From the NCBI GenBank assembly GCA_018056545.1, contig JAGPFL010000001.1:11574-75573 (forward strand): a stretch of DNA of 64,000 nt. Reading direction: 5' to 3'. Both the position numbers and the translations under genes were made by a program. The notes under the pieces were generated by a model, which saw only the letters and a list, made by a program, of their open reading frames with translations, was not told the DNA's origin and ran no database searches. The DNA comes from Syntrophobacterales bacterium. Its GTDB lineage: Bacteria > Desulfobacterota > Syntrophia > Syntrophales > UBA8958. Of the stretch, positions 36,423 to 45,001 are shown in pieces; the stretch's first letter is position 1; each line of letters opens with the position of its first letter.

Positions 36423-37373
36423 ATGCCGAATGCCGAGAAAAGTGTCGCGGTGGTCTTTCCCGGTCAGGGTGCCCAGCGTCCCGGGATGGGAAAGGATTTT
36501 TGTGAGTGTCTCAGCGTCTGCCGTCAGGCCTATGAAGAGGCCTCTTCAGCCTTGGGCTGGGATGTGGCCCGGATGTGTTTCGACGGGGATGAGCGGCTGG
36601 ATCAGACGGAATTTACCCAGCCGTGTCTTCTCACCACGGAAATCGCCATGTTTCGCGGTCTCAAGCACCTTTACGGGCTGTCCCCGGATTATTTCGGCGG
36701 CCACAGTCTGGGCGAATTCACCGCCCTGGTAGCGGCCGGCGTCCTGCCGCTGGGACAGGCGGCCGTCATCGTTCATACCCGGGGCCGGCTCATGCAGCAG
36801 GCCGTGCCTCTGGGCTTGGGAAGCATGGCGGCCGTCATCGCCGACGGCCTCGACGCCGAGGAACTGGAAGGTGCCCTGGCAGGTCTGCCCGTGGATATCG
36901 CCAACGTCAATTCCCCGCGGCAGATCGTCATCAGTGGTGATGCCGGGGCGCTTCCCGACGCGGCGGTGCGGATTACGGACATTCTCGGTGCCGACGCCGC
37001 CTGCCGTTTCGTTCCTCTCAACGTGAGCGCCCCGTTCCACAGCCGTTTCATGCGGCCGGTGGAACGGGAATTTTCGGGGGTTCTGAAGGCCGTGAGTGAG
37101 TGCTTGAACCCCCAACGGGCCTCGGCGGTCACCTCGAATTACACCGGCCGCTTCCATACCCGCTACCGGGAGGATCTCCTGTGCTACCTCACCTATCAAT
37201 TGGGCAGCCGGGTGCGGTGGCGGGAGAACATGGAAATCCTTGCAGCCGAGGCCGACGAGATTTACGAGATCGGTCCGGGGCGCCCCCTGCGGGATTTTTT
37301 CAAGACCATCGGCGTCAACTGCCTTTCCGTGACCACCCTTTCGGCGGCGGCACGGATCTTCGGGAGCAACTGA
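36423..37373 (+). CDS. fabD: Malonyl-CoA:ACP transacylase
   Basis: ORF 36336..37373, with the start moved to ATG 36423 (GGAGA RBS). VAVVFPGQGAQRPGMG, GHSLGEF nucleophile, SAPFHS. Confidence 0.85.
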   Translation: MPNAEKSVAVVFPGQGAQRPGMGKDFCECLSVCRQAYEEASSALGWDVARMCFDGDERLDQTEFTQPCLLTTEIAMFRGLKHLYGLSPDYFGGHSLGEFTALVAAGVLPLGQAAVIVHTRGRLMQQAVPLGLGSMAAVIADGLDAEELEGALAGLPVDIANVNSPRQIVISGDAGALPDAAVRITDILGADAACRFVPLNVSAPFHSRFMRPVEREFSGVLKAVSECLNPQRASAVTSNYTGRFHTRYREDLLCYLTYQLGSRVRWRENMEILAAEADEIYEIGPGRPLRDFFKTIGVNCLSVTTLSAAARIFGSN

Positions 37374-37378
37374 AAACT

Positions 37379-38578
37379 ATGGACTTCAATTTATCGGATC
37401 AGCAACGGTCCTATGTGGAAACGGTGCGCCGGTTCGTCCGGGGAGAGATCCTTCCCCACAGCCTGGCGATGGACCGGCGGCACGAGTTTCCCTACGGGAT
37501 CATCCGTCAGGCCTGGGAACTGGGGATCCTCAATCTGAGCATCCCCGCCGCCGTCAAGGGTTACGAACTGGATACCGTTTCCTCCGCCCTGATTATCGAG
37601 GAGCTGTCCTACGGCGATTCCGGAATCGCCACCTCAGCCATGTGCAACGATCTGGCCAACGCCGTCATCGCCCAGCATGGCACGGATGAGCAACAGGAGA
37701 CCCTGTTGCGACCCTTTGTGGAAAAGCCGCTGCTGGCCTCCTTCTGCCTGACGGAGCCGGGCGCCGGTTCGGACAACAGTGCTATGACCACCTTCATTAA
37801 ACGCCGGGAGGACGGTTCCTATCTCCTCAACGGGTCCAAATGTTTCATAACCAATGCCTCCTTCGCCTCCCAGTTCACCGTCTTCGCCAAGGTGGGGAAG
37901 CCGACGGGAAATTTCATGGCCTGCCTCGTCGTGCCGGTTCCGGCGCCGACGCCGGAGGAGGTGGCGGGCGGTTTCCCCTCCGGGCGGGAGATCGTCCTGG
38001 CCGGCGGCGGGCGGATCAGCGTGGGACGGCCGGAAGACAAGCTGGGACAGCGCCTTTCCAACACCGCCGCTGTGACTTTTGAAGAGGTGATCGTCTCGCC
38101 GGAGCAGATCATCGGAGACCGGAGGCTGGGATTCCGTTATGTCATCGACGTCCTCGACTACGCCCGGCCTATGGTGGCGGCCATCGGCGTCGGCCTGGCC
38201 CGCCGGGCCCTCGATTTGACCCTGAACTATACCCGGGAACGCAAGCAGTTCGGTCAGCGGGTCTGCGACCTGCCCGTGGCCCGGGAGACCCTGACGGCCA
38301 TGTGGAAGAAGGTGGAACTGGCGGAAATGGCCCTGATGAAGGCGGCCTGCTGTCTCCAGGAGAAACGGGAAGACCGGGGCCTCTACGCCTCCCTGGCGAA
38401 GAATACCGCCGCCGAGGCGGCCCTCTTCTGCGCCAACGAGGGGCTCCATCTTCACGGGGGTTACGGCTTCATGACGGAATACGAGATCTCGAAACTGGCC
38501 CGGGACGCCCACATCATCGATATCTATGAAGGGGTCCGAGAGGTGCAGAACATGATCATCGGCCGGGAGATCTGCTGA
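37379..38578 (+). CDS. Acyl-CoA (or acyl-ACP) dehydrogenase family flavoprotein
   Basis: ORF 37100..38578, with the start moved to ATG 37379, 6 nt after the fabD stop. MDFNLSDQQRSYVETVRRF..., CLTEPGAGSD, C-terminal catalytic-Glu region IYEGVREVQ. Carries a ~30-aa insertion (VPVPAPTPEEVAGGFPSGREIVLAGGG). Confidence 0.8.
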   Translation: MDFNLSDQQRSYVETVRRFVRGEILPHSLAMDRRHEFPYGIIRQAWELGILNLSIPAAVKGYELDTVSSALIIEELSYGDSGIATSAMCNDLANAVIAQHGTDEQQETLLRPFVEKPLLASFCLTEPGAGSDNSAMTTFIKRREDGSYLLNGSKCFITNASFASQFTVFAKVGKPTGNFMACLVVPVPAPTPEEVAGGFPSGREIVLAGGGRISVGRPEDKLGQRLSNTAAVTFEEVIVSPEQIIGDRRLGFRYVIDVLDYARPMVAAIGVGLARRALDLTLNYTRERKQFGQRVCDLPVARETLTAMWKKVELAEMALMKAACCLQEKREDRGLYASLAKNTAAEAALFCANEGLHLHGGYGFMTEYEISKLARDAHIIDIYEGVREVQNMIIGREIC

Positions 38579-38580
38579 GC

Positions 38581-39594
38581 ATGCTCTATCTCCACGGCTT
38601 GGGTCATTTCCATCCGGAAAACGTGATCACCAATCGCTTCCTCGAAGAGCTGGACATCGGGACGAGCAATGAGTGGATTCTGGAGCGGGTGGGGATTCGG
38701 GAGCGTCGCACCGCCTTGGATCTGGACTACATCCGGGAAACCAGAAACCGGGATCCCCGGGCGGCGGGGGAGGCAAGTCTTTGCTCCAACGCCCGGGCGG
38801 GCGCAGCGGCGGCACGGCAGGCCCTGACCCGGGCCGGGATTGCCGCGGCGGATGTGGGACTGGTGATCTCCGGGAGCTCGGCGCCGGATCACGTCACCCC
38901 TTCCGAGGCGGCCACCGTGGCGGCGGAGCTGGAAATCGAGGCCCCCTGCCTGGACATCAACGCCGCCTGTGCCACCTTCGGCGTCCAGTTGAGCATTCTG
39001 GACCGGATGAAACCGGAAAGCCTGCCTCCCTTCGTGTTGGTGGTGAACCCGGAAAGCCTCACCCGCTGTATCGATTACGGGGATCGCAACACGGCGGTCC
39101 TCTTCGGTGACGGCAGCGCCGCCGCCGTCGTCTCCGCCCGGGAACCTGCCGCGCTGCGGCTGGTGGCCTGTGACTGCGCCTCGAAGCCGGCGGCCTGGCA
39201 AAAGGCCGTCATCCCCCGGACGGGCTACTTCCGGCAGGAAGGCAACGCCGTCCAGGGGTTTGCCATTCGCAAAATGACCGAGGCGGTCCGGTCTTTTCAG
39301 AATGGCGGTCCGGAGGGGGGGAGGCGGCCGATTTTCATCGGCCATCAGGCGAACCTCGGCATCCTGGAAACCGTCCGTGAGCGGGCGTCCATCCCGGGGG
39401 ACCGCCATTGGCACAATGTGACTATGTTCGGCAATACGGGCTGCTCCGGCGCCCCGGCCGTGCTCAGCCAGCACCGGCGGGAGCTGCAACCGGGGGACTG
39501 GGTGATCATGGCCCTGGTCGGGGCGGGTTTGACCTGGGCGACGCTGGTCTGGCATGTGGCCGGACAGGGGGAAGATAAGGAGGAGACGGGGTGA
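38581..39594 (+). CDS. FabH-like 3-oxoacyl-ACP synthase III
   Basis: 337 aa, starting 3 nt after the ACAD stop. Cys-His-Asn triad contexts INAACATF, GHQANLG, FGNTGCSG. Confidence 0.8.
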   Translation: MLYLHGLGHFHPENVITNRFLEELDIGTSNEWILERVGIRERRTALDLDYIRETRNRDPRAAGEASLCSNARAGAAAARQALTRAGIAAADVGLVISGSSAPDHVTPSEAATVAAELEIEAPCLDINAACATFGVQLSILDRMKPESLPPFVLVVNPESLTRCIDYGDRNTAVLFGDGSAAAVVSAREPAALRLVACDCASKPAAWQKAVIPRTGYFRQEGNAVQGFAIRKMTEAVRSFQNGGPEGGRRPIFIGHQANLGILETVRERASIPGDRHWHNVTMFGNTGCSGAPAVLSQHRRELQPGDWVIMALVGAGLTWATLVWHVAGQGEDKEETG

Positions 39595-39685
39595 AGAACG
39601 GCAACGAGGGAAAAAGGCCCGTCTTCGGCCCGGCGCTTCTTCCCTGGAAGAAGAGGGGGTGTCGGTACCTACCGCGAGGTTATCA

Positions 39686-40279
39686 ATGCTGACTTACGGA
39701 GATTTCACCCGGAAAAATGCCTTCAACCTGAACGAGCTGATCGCTTTTTCCTACGGGAGACTCGTGGCGGACCCTCCCCCGGGCTTCGAGGCCCGGTTGC
39801 CCGCCCCGCCTTTCCTCATGATCGACCGCATCCTCCGGATGGAGGCGGACGGAAAACGGGGCAGGATCGTCGCGGAGCAGGATATCCGCCTGGATGCCTG
39901 GTATTTTCAGTGTCACATGCCCGGCGATCCCGTACAGCCGGGATGCCTGGGCGTGGATGCCGTCTGGCAACTCCTGGGATTCTACGGGGCTTGGCGCGGC
40001 GGCCTGGGGGCCGGGCGGGCTCTGGGTTGCGACGGGGTGACCTTCAACGGACAGATCCGGCCCCATCACCGCGTCGTGCGATACGAGGTCGCCGTCCGGC
40101 GGTTTTCCGCCCTTACGGAATCAGGGGCGAGCGTCATTATCGGTGACGGGGTCATCTCCGTGGACGGAGAACCGGTCGCCGAGGTGCAGCAGGCCCGCAC
40201 CGGCCTCTTCCGGGATATCGTCTATGGGGACTACCCCCGGACGGACCATGACGGCGGGCGGCAAATGATGAAATCATGA
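39686..40279 (+). CDS. fabA: FabA-type 3-hydroxyacyl-ACP dehydratase/isomerase
   Basis: ORF 39554..40279, with the start moved to ATG 39686. Colinear with E. coli FabA as I recall it: LPAPPFLMIDRILRM, WYFQCHMPGDPVQPGCLGVDAVWQLLGFYGAWRGG.GAGRALG (active-site His and Asp contexts kept). Confidence 0.8.
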   Translation: MLTYGDFTRKNAFNLNELIAFSYGRLVADPPPGFEARLPAPPFLMIDRILRMEADGKRGRIVAEQDIRLDAWYFQCHMPGDPVQPGCLGVDAVWQLLGFYGAWRGGLGAGRALGCDGVTFNGQIRPHHRVVRYEVAVRRFSALTESGASVIIGDGVISVDGEPVAEVQQARTGLFRDIVYGDYPRTDHDGGRQMMKS

Positions 40280-40378
40280 GGACACTTTCCCTATTTCTTG
40301 TTATGCAAGTGGTTGAATAATTTAATCATTCGTTGTGCCCGTCTTTAGGCATGGCGATTACCATGAAACAGGGGGAAG

Positions 40379-40397
40379 AATCCGGACGGTCCGGATT
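40379..40397. repeat. Perfect 19-bp palindrome between fabA and fabG (candidate operator or RNA hairpin)
   Basis: AATCCGGAC-G-GTCCGGATT read directly, 30 nt upstream of the fabG-like ATG, inside a 147-nt comparatively AT-rich gap in an otherwise tightly packed operon. Confidence 0.5.
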
Positions 40398-40426
40398 TCC
40401 ATCCCCGATGTGAGGCTGATTTATCC

Positions 40427-41155
40427 ATGGAAGATAAGAAGGTGGCAGTTATTACCGGCGGGGGCTCCGGGATCGGGGCCGCTTGTGTCCGGGCGCTGGC
40501 GGCCCGGGGATTTTGGGTGGGGATCCATTACCGCCGCCGCGCAGAGGCGGCCCGAGCCCTGCTGGCCGAGGTGGGGGAAGGGTTTCTCCTGTCCGGCGAT
40601 CTGACCCGCAGCGAGGACATCGATGCCCTGATCGAGAGCATCAAGACCGCGGCCGGTCGCCTGGATGTGTTGGTGCACAACGCCGGTTTCTCCCTCAATG
40701 GGGACATCAACGCCATGCGCCTGGAACAGTTCGACGCCCAGCGGCTCCTGGCCAGGGGGGTCTGGTATCTCACCAAACGGGCGCTCCGCCAGTTCATGCT
40801 CCGCCGCAACGAGGGGCGGATCATCACGATCTCCAGCGTCGTGGGCCATACGGGCAACAGCGGTCAGATCCCTTATACTATGGAAAAGGCGGCCCTCGAC
40901 GCCTTCACGAAATCCCTGGCCAAAGAGCTGGCGGGGCGCAATATCCTCGTCAACGCCGTCGCCCCCGGCTTCATTGACACGGAGATGACGGCGACGCTCC
41001 CCGCAGAGGTCCGGGAGCGGATCATGGCCAACATTCCCCTGCAGCGTATGGGGCGGCCGGAGGAGGTGGCGGAGGCGGTGGCCTTCCTGGCTATGGGCGG
41101 TACCTATATCAACGGATCGGTTCTGCATGTAAACGGAGGTCTTTATGGAGGCTGA
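40427..41155 (+). CDS. fabG: 3-oxoacyl-ACP reductase (SDR)
   Basis: 242 aa. VAVITGGGSGIGAA, NAGF, S...Y..EKAAL catalytic context, PGFIDTEMT, ending GSVLHVNGGLY. Confidence 0.8.
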   Translation: MEDKKVAVITGGGSGIGAACVRALAARGFWVGIHYRRRAEAARALLAEVGEGFLLSGDLTRSEDIDALIESIKTAAGRLDVLVHNAGFSLNGDINAMRLEQFDAQRLLARGVWYLTKRALRQFMLRRNEGRIITISSVVGHTGNSGQIPYTMEKAALDAFTKSLAKELAGRNILVNAVAPGFIDTEMTATLPAEVRERIMANIPLQRMGRPEEVAEAVAFLAMGGTYINGSVLHVNGGLYGG

Positions 41156-41627
41156 CCGGCGCCTGCGGGAAATGGTTCTCCAGGCCGTTCCCCAGCAACC
41201 CCCCTTTCGCTTCCTCGACGAGATCCGGGAAATGGACGCCGAGGGAATCGTCGGCGCCTATCGCTTCCGGCGGGATGAATATTTCTACCGGGGGCATTTT
41301 CCCGGGCGGCCGGTGACTCCCGGGGTGATCCTCATCGAGGCCATGGCCCAGACCGGGGTCGTGGCCCACGGTCTTTACCTGTCTCTGTTGCAGGAGGGAA
41401 ACGGCGGCGAGGAATGGAGAAAACTAACCACGCTGTTTACCCTGGCCGAAGAGGTGGAATTTCTGGGCATAGTCGTTCCCGGGGAGCTGATCGTCCTCCG
41501 GGGGCGCAAACTATATTTTCGCCGGAACAGCCTGAAGGCCGCCGTGACGGCGGAGCGGGAAAACGGCGAGATGGTCTGTCGGGGAACCCTGGCCGGCATG
41601 GGGGGTAAGATGATTCATGAAGGATGA
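41145..41627 (+). CDS. FabZ-like hotdog-fold 3-hydroxyacyl-ACP dehydratase
   Basis: 160 aa. PPFRFLDEI...YRGHFPGRPVTPGVILIEAMAQTG. GGAGG RBS; overlaps the fabG end by 11 nt. Confidence 0.75.
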   Translation: MEADRRLREMVLQAVPQQPPFRFLDEIREMDAEGIVGAYRFRRDEYFYRGHFPGRPVTPGVILIEAMAQTGVVAHGLYLSLLQEGNGGEEWRKLTTLFTLAEEVEFLGIVVPGELIVLRGRKLYFRRNSLKAAVTAERENGEMVCRGTLAGMGGKMIHEG

Positions 41628-41640
41628 GGGTGGCGGGAAA

Positions 41641-42921
41641 ATGAAAAAAAGAGTGGTGATCACGGGCATGGGGGTGGCCGCCCCCAATGCCCACGGGTTG
41701 GAGGATTTTGCCGTGGCCCTCCGGGAGGGACGTTCGGGCATCCGGCACATCCGGGAACTGGCCGAGTTGAACTTTGCCTGTCAGGTCGGGGGTATTCCGG
41801 AGAATTTCGAGGCCATTCGCCGGAGTTATTTCGATCACGAAAAGCTCATGTCCATCAACGACAATATCGGTTACGCCTCCGTGTCCGCCATCGATGCCTG
41901 GCGGGACGCCGGTTTCGCCGTTCCCGAAGGGGACGGCGGGGAGGTGGACTGGGACACGGGGGTGATCCTCGGCTCGGGCATCGGCGGCATGGACACCATC
42001 GCCCGGACCGTCGTCCCCATGGTGAACGAGGGCAAGGTCCGCCGCATGGGAAGCCGCATCGTGGAACAGGTGATGAACAGCGGCACGAGCGCCCGGATCG
42101 CCGGACTGCTGGCCCTGGGCAATCAGGTCACCTCCAATTCCTCGGCCTGCTCCACGGGCAACGAGGCCATCATCGAGGCCATGTGGCGGATTCGCACGGG
42201 CCTGGCAAAGCGGATGCTGGCCGGAGGTTCCGAGGGAGCCTCCCCTTACATCTGGTCCGGGTTCGACGCCATGCGGGTGATCTGCCGGAAATTCAACGAG
42301 GAACCGGAACGGGCCTCCCGCCCCATGAGCGCCAGCGCCGCCGGCTTTGTCCCCGGCGCCGGGGGTGCCGTGCTGGTGCTCGAGGAACTGGAAACGGCCC
42401 GGCGCCGGGGGGCGCGGATCTATGCCGAGATCGCCGGGGGGGCGGTGAACTGCGGCGGTCAGCGCCGCGGCGGGTCCATGACGGCCCCGAATCCCGAAGG
42501 GGTGCGCCGGTGCATCCAGGGGGCCATCGCCGACGCCGCCGTTTCCCCCGGAGACATCCAGGCGATCAACGGTCACCTCACGGCCACCTATGCGGATCCC
42601 ATGGAGGTGAAGAACTGGGCCGCCGCCCTGGAAAGATCCCCGGAGGATTTTCCCTACATCAACTCGACGAAGTCCCTGATCGGCCATTGTCTCGGGGCTG
42701 CAGGGGCCATCGAATCGGTGGCCGTGGTCCTGCAGCTCCACCGGGGATTTCTCCATCCTTCGGTGAACAGCGAGGATATTCATCCCGAGATCGCGGCCTT
42801 CGGCCACAAGGTGCCCCAGCGGGCAATGGACATGCCGGAGCTGCGGGTGATCGCCAAGGCGGGCTTCGGCTTCGGAGACGTGAACAGTTGTCTGATTTTC
42901 AAAAAGTGGGAAGATAATTGA
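41641..42921 (+). CDS. Beta-ketoacyl-ACP synthase I/II (FabB/FabF-like)
   Basis: ORF 41617..42921; probable start ATG 41641 (MKKRVVITGMGV). Active-site contexts SSACSTGNEAI, NGHLTAT, KSLIGHCLGAAGA. Confidence 0.8.
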   Translation: MKKRVVITGMGVAAPNAHGLEDFAVALREGRSGIRHIRELAELNFACQVGGIPENFEAIRRSYFDHEKLMSINDNIGYASVSAIDAWRDAGFAVPEGDGGEVDWDTGVILGSGIGGMDTIARTVVPMVNEGKVRRMGSRIVEQVMNSGTSARIAGLLALGNQVTSNSSACSTGNEAIIEAMWRIRTGLAKRMLAGGSEGASPYIWSGFDAMRVICRKFNEEPERASRPMSASAAGFVPGAGGAVLVLEELETARRRGARIYAEIAGGAVNCGGQRRGGSMTAPNPEGVRRCIQGAIADAAVSPGDIQAINGHLTATYADPMEVKNWAAALERSPEDFPYINSTKSLIGHCLGAAGAIESVAVVLQLHRGFLHPSVNSEDIHPEIAAFGHKVPQRAMDMPELRVIAKAGFGFGDVNSCLIFKKWEDN

Positions 42922-42999
42922 GACCCGGGGAGACAGGTTTCCCCAAACGGCGCCGGCGGCAATGCCGGCATGTGAATAAATCATATCGAGGAGATTAAA

Positions 43000-43248
43000 A
43001 TGGAAGAGACGCAAATTCTCAAGGAAATGATAGAGATTCTGAGGCTCTACGCCAAGGACAAAACGAAACTGGACCAGGCGGGGATGGACACCCACATCCT
43101 CGATGACCTCAAGGTCAATTCCGCCCGGCTGGTGGATGTGATCATCAAGTGCGAAGACGTCTTCGGAATCACCATCGAAGACGACGAGGCCGACAAGATC
43201 CGTACCATCGGCGACGCCGTGAACCTGATCGGGAAGAAACTCGGTTAA
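43000..43248 (+). CDS. Divergent acyl carrier protein
   Basis: 82 aa with GAGGAG RBS. Four-helix ACP pattern, with LKVNSARLVDV replacing the usual LGxDSLDxVEL around the phosphopantetheine Ser. Confidence 0.7.
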   Translation: MEETQILKEMIEILRLYAKDKTKLDQAGMDTHILDDLKVNSARLVDVIIKCEDVFGITIEDDEADKIRTIGDAVNLIGKKLG

Positions 43249-43286
43249 GCCTTACTGGATTTACCGAGGAAAAAAGGCGGGGGAGG

Positions 43287-44147
43287 ATGAAGGAAAGCGG
43301 GGATAAACTGCCAAGGGGAGCGGGCTTCTCGCTGCGCCTCCAGGCGGCCCTGGGGATGCTTGCCGTGGGAATCGTAGCGCCGCTGTATTTTCTCTTCCTG
43401 AGATGGCGGGGATACCGGGTCCGGGATCTGGCGGCGACACGCCGCCGCTGGGCGGAACTGCGCCGTGAACATCCGGGACCGTGGCTGATCTGCGGGAATC
43501 ACCTCACCCTCATCGATTCGGCGCTCATCACCTATGCCCTCATGTCCCTGGGGAGTCATTTCACCGAGTTCCGGGCCATTCCCTGGAATCTTCCGGAGCG
43601 GGCGAATTTTCAGCGGCAGCTCTGGAAAGCGGCGCTCTGCTATCTGGCGAAATGCATCCCCGTCAGCCGGGGCGGAGATCGGGGGGAGATGCAGGCCACC
43701 CTGGCGAAATGCCGCCAGGTCCTGATGTGGCGGCAACTGCTCATGATCTTTCCGGAAGGAGGGCGTTCCCGCACCGGTCGGGTCGATCAGGAGAACTTTT
43801 CCTACGGCGTAGGCCGTTTTCTCCAGGAGCACCATGATTGCCGGGTGCTCTGTGTCTATCTCCGGGGGGACGGCCAGGAGATATACGGCGACCTGCCGGC
43901 CCGGGGCGAGAGCTTCACCATCGCCATTGAGGCCTTTACCCCCCGGCGCCCGGAGAGAGAAGGACTGCGGGGACAGCGGGATCTGGCGGGGCAGATCGTC
44001 GCCCGCCTGGTCCGCATGGAGGAGGAATATTTTGCTCGTCATCGGCAACGACATCGTGGATTTGACGGCGCCGGAGAACCGGGGAAAGAGTGGGGACCGG
44101 CGCTTTCGCGCCCGCGTCTTCACGGCGGCGGAGGAGGAATGGATTGA
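43287..44147 (+). CDS. PlsC/LPLAT-family (lysophospholipid-type) acyltransferase
   Basis: ORF 43149..44147, with the start moved to ATG 43287 (GGGAGG RBS). N-terminal TM, HX4D motif in CGNHLTLIDS, FPEGGRSRTG motif. The last ~38 codons overlap the next gene. Confidence 0.75.
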   Translation: MKESGDKLPRGAGFSLRLQAALGMLAVGIVAPLYFLFLRWRGYRVRDLAATRRRWAELRREHPGPWLICGNHLTLIDSALITYALMSLGSHFTEFRAIPWNLPERANFQRQLWKAALCYLAKCIPVSRGGDRGEMQATLAKCRQVLMWRQLLMIFPEGGRSRTGRVDQENFSYGVGRFLQEHHDCRVLCVYLRGDGQEIYGDLPARGESFTIAIEAFTPRRPEREGLRGQRDLAGQIVARLVRMEEEYFARHRQRHRGFDGAGEPGKEWGPALSRPRLHGGGGGMD

Positions 44148-44919
44148 CGCCGCCCCGTCGCCCGACACCGCCCTCTGGACGCTCTGGGCGGCCAAGGAGG
44201 CGGCCTTCAAGACGGCGGTCAAGCTCAAGCCCGGACTGACCTTCCGTCACCGGGAATACGCCGTTACCAATCTGCCGCCGGCGGACTTCTCCGGATCGGT
44301 TTGCGCCGGTGCAGACCGGAGCGACCCCCGGTCAGTTCCTGCGGATTGGGTATGGGTACAATCGGTTGTTGCAGGACAAGGAGGTAAGCATGCCGACGGC
44401 AGGGTAAGCACGGATTTACCTTTCCAGGGACCATGTTTCCCCGATGGCGCCGAACAAGCAACGGAAAGCAGGAAAGGGCGGCAGTTACCTGCAGGGGTGG
44501 CGGTGGCTGGGAGCGGCACCGCACCCCTTTCGGGCTACGGCGCCGTTATGACCCCGGCGGGTTTGGTGGACGTCCTTTTTTCCGTGTCGCCCTTCCGGGT
44601 CCACTGCCTGGCCCTGGGGGGAAACGGCCACGGCACGGGAAAAAAAAGAGAACCGCGGCTCCATTGGCAGGAGGAGAGGCGCAGCGGAGTTTTCGATCCC
44701 TCCGGGGCCGTCCGCCGGGCGGCCATTCATTATCTGGCCGAGGTCTTGCGCACCTCTCCATATTTTCTCGCCATTCGCCGTCCCCGGACGACCTCGGGAG
44801 AAGGCGGGACGCCGCGGGTCTTTCTGGAGGGACGGGAAACCGACATCGACCTCAGCCTTACCCACGACGGGGCCTACCTCGCCTTCGCCGTCCGTCTCGG
44901 ACATGACGCCGGGGAATAA
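44032..44919 (+). CDS. 4'-phosphopantetheinyl transferase superfamily protein (AcpS-like core with long insertion)
   Basis: ORF 43834..44919. The proposed TTG 44032 start (GGAGGAGG upstream) gives LLVIGNDIVDL..., WAAKEAAFK, and a C-terminal DIDLSLTHDGAYLAFAV. About 150 non-conserved residues lie between the motifs. Confidence 0.65.
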   Translation: MLVIGNDIVDLTAPENRGKSGDRRFRARVFTAAEEEWIDAAPSPDTALWTLWAAKEAAFKTAVKLKPGLTFRHREYAVTNLPPADFSGSVCAGADRSDPRSVPADWVWVQSVVAGQGGKHADGRVSTDLPFQGPCFPDGAEQATESRKGRQLPAGVAVAGSGTAPLSGYGAVMTPAGLVDVLFSVSPFRVHCLALGGNGHGTGKKREPRLHWQEERRSGVFDPSGAVRRAAIHYLAEVLRTSPYFLAIRRPRTTSGEGGTPRVFLEGRETDIDLSLTHDGAYLAFAVRLGHDAGE

Positions 44920-45001
44920 ACACCTTTCTTGCTCTAAACATAAGCAAATAACTGCGGATTTGCCCTGCAGCTAACTGGTTTTATCGGTGTCCGGTGGCGA
45001 T

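Noticed and set aside
41437-43095. 552-aa minus-strand ORF across the FabZ-like, KAS and ACP genes
   Set aside because: It is antisense to three genes with unmistakable active-site motifs. The composition is low-complexity (G/P/R/H/D).
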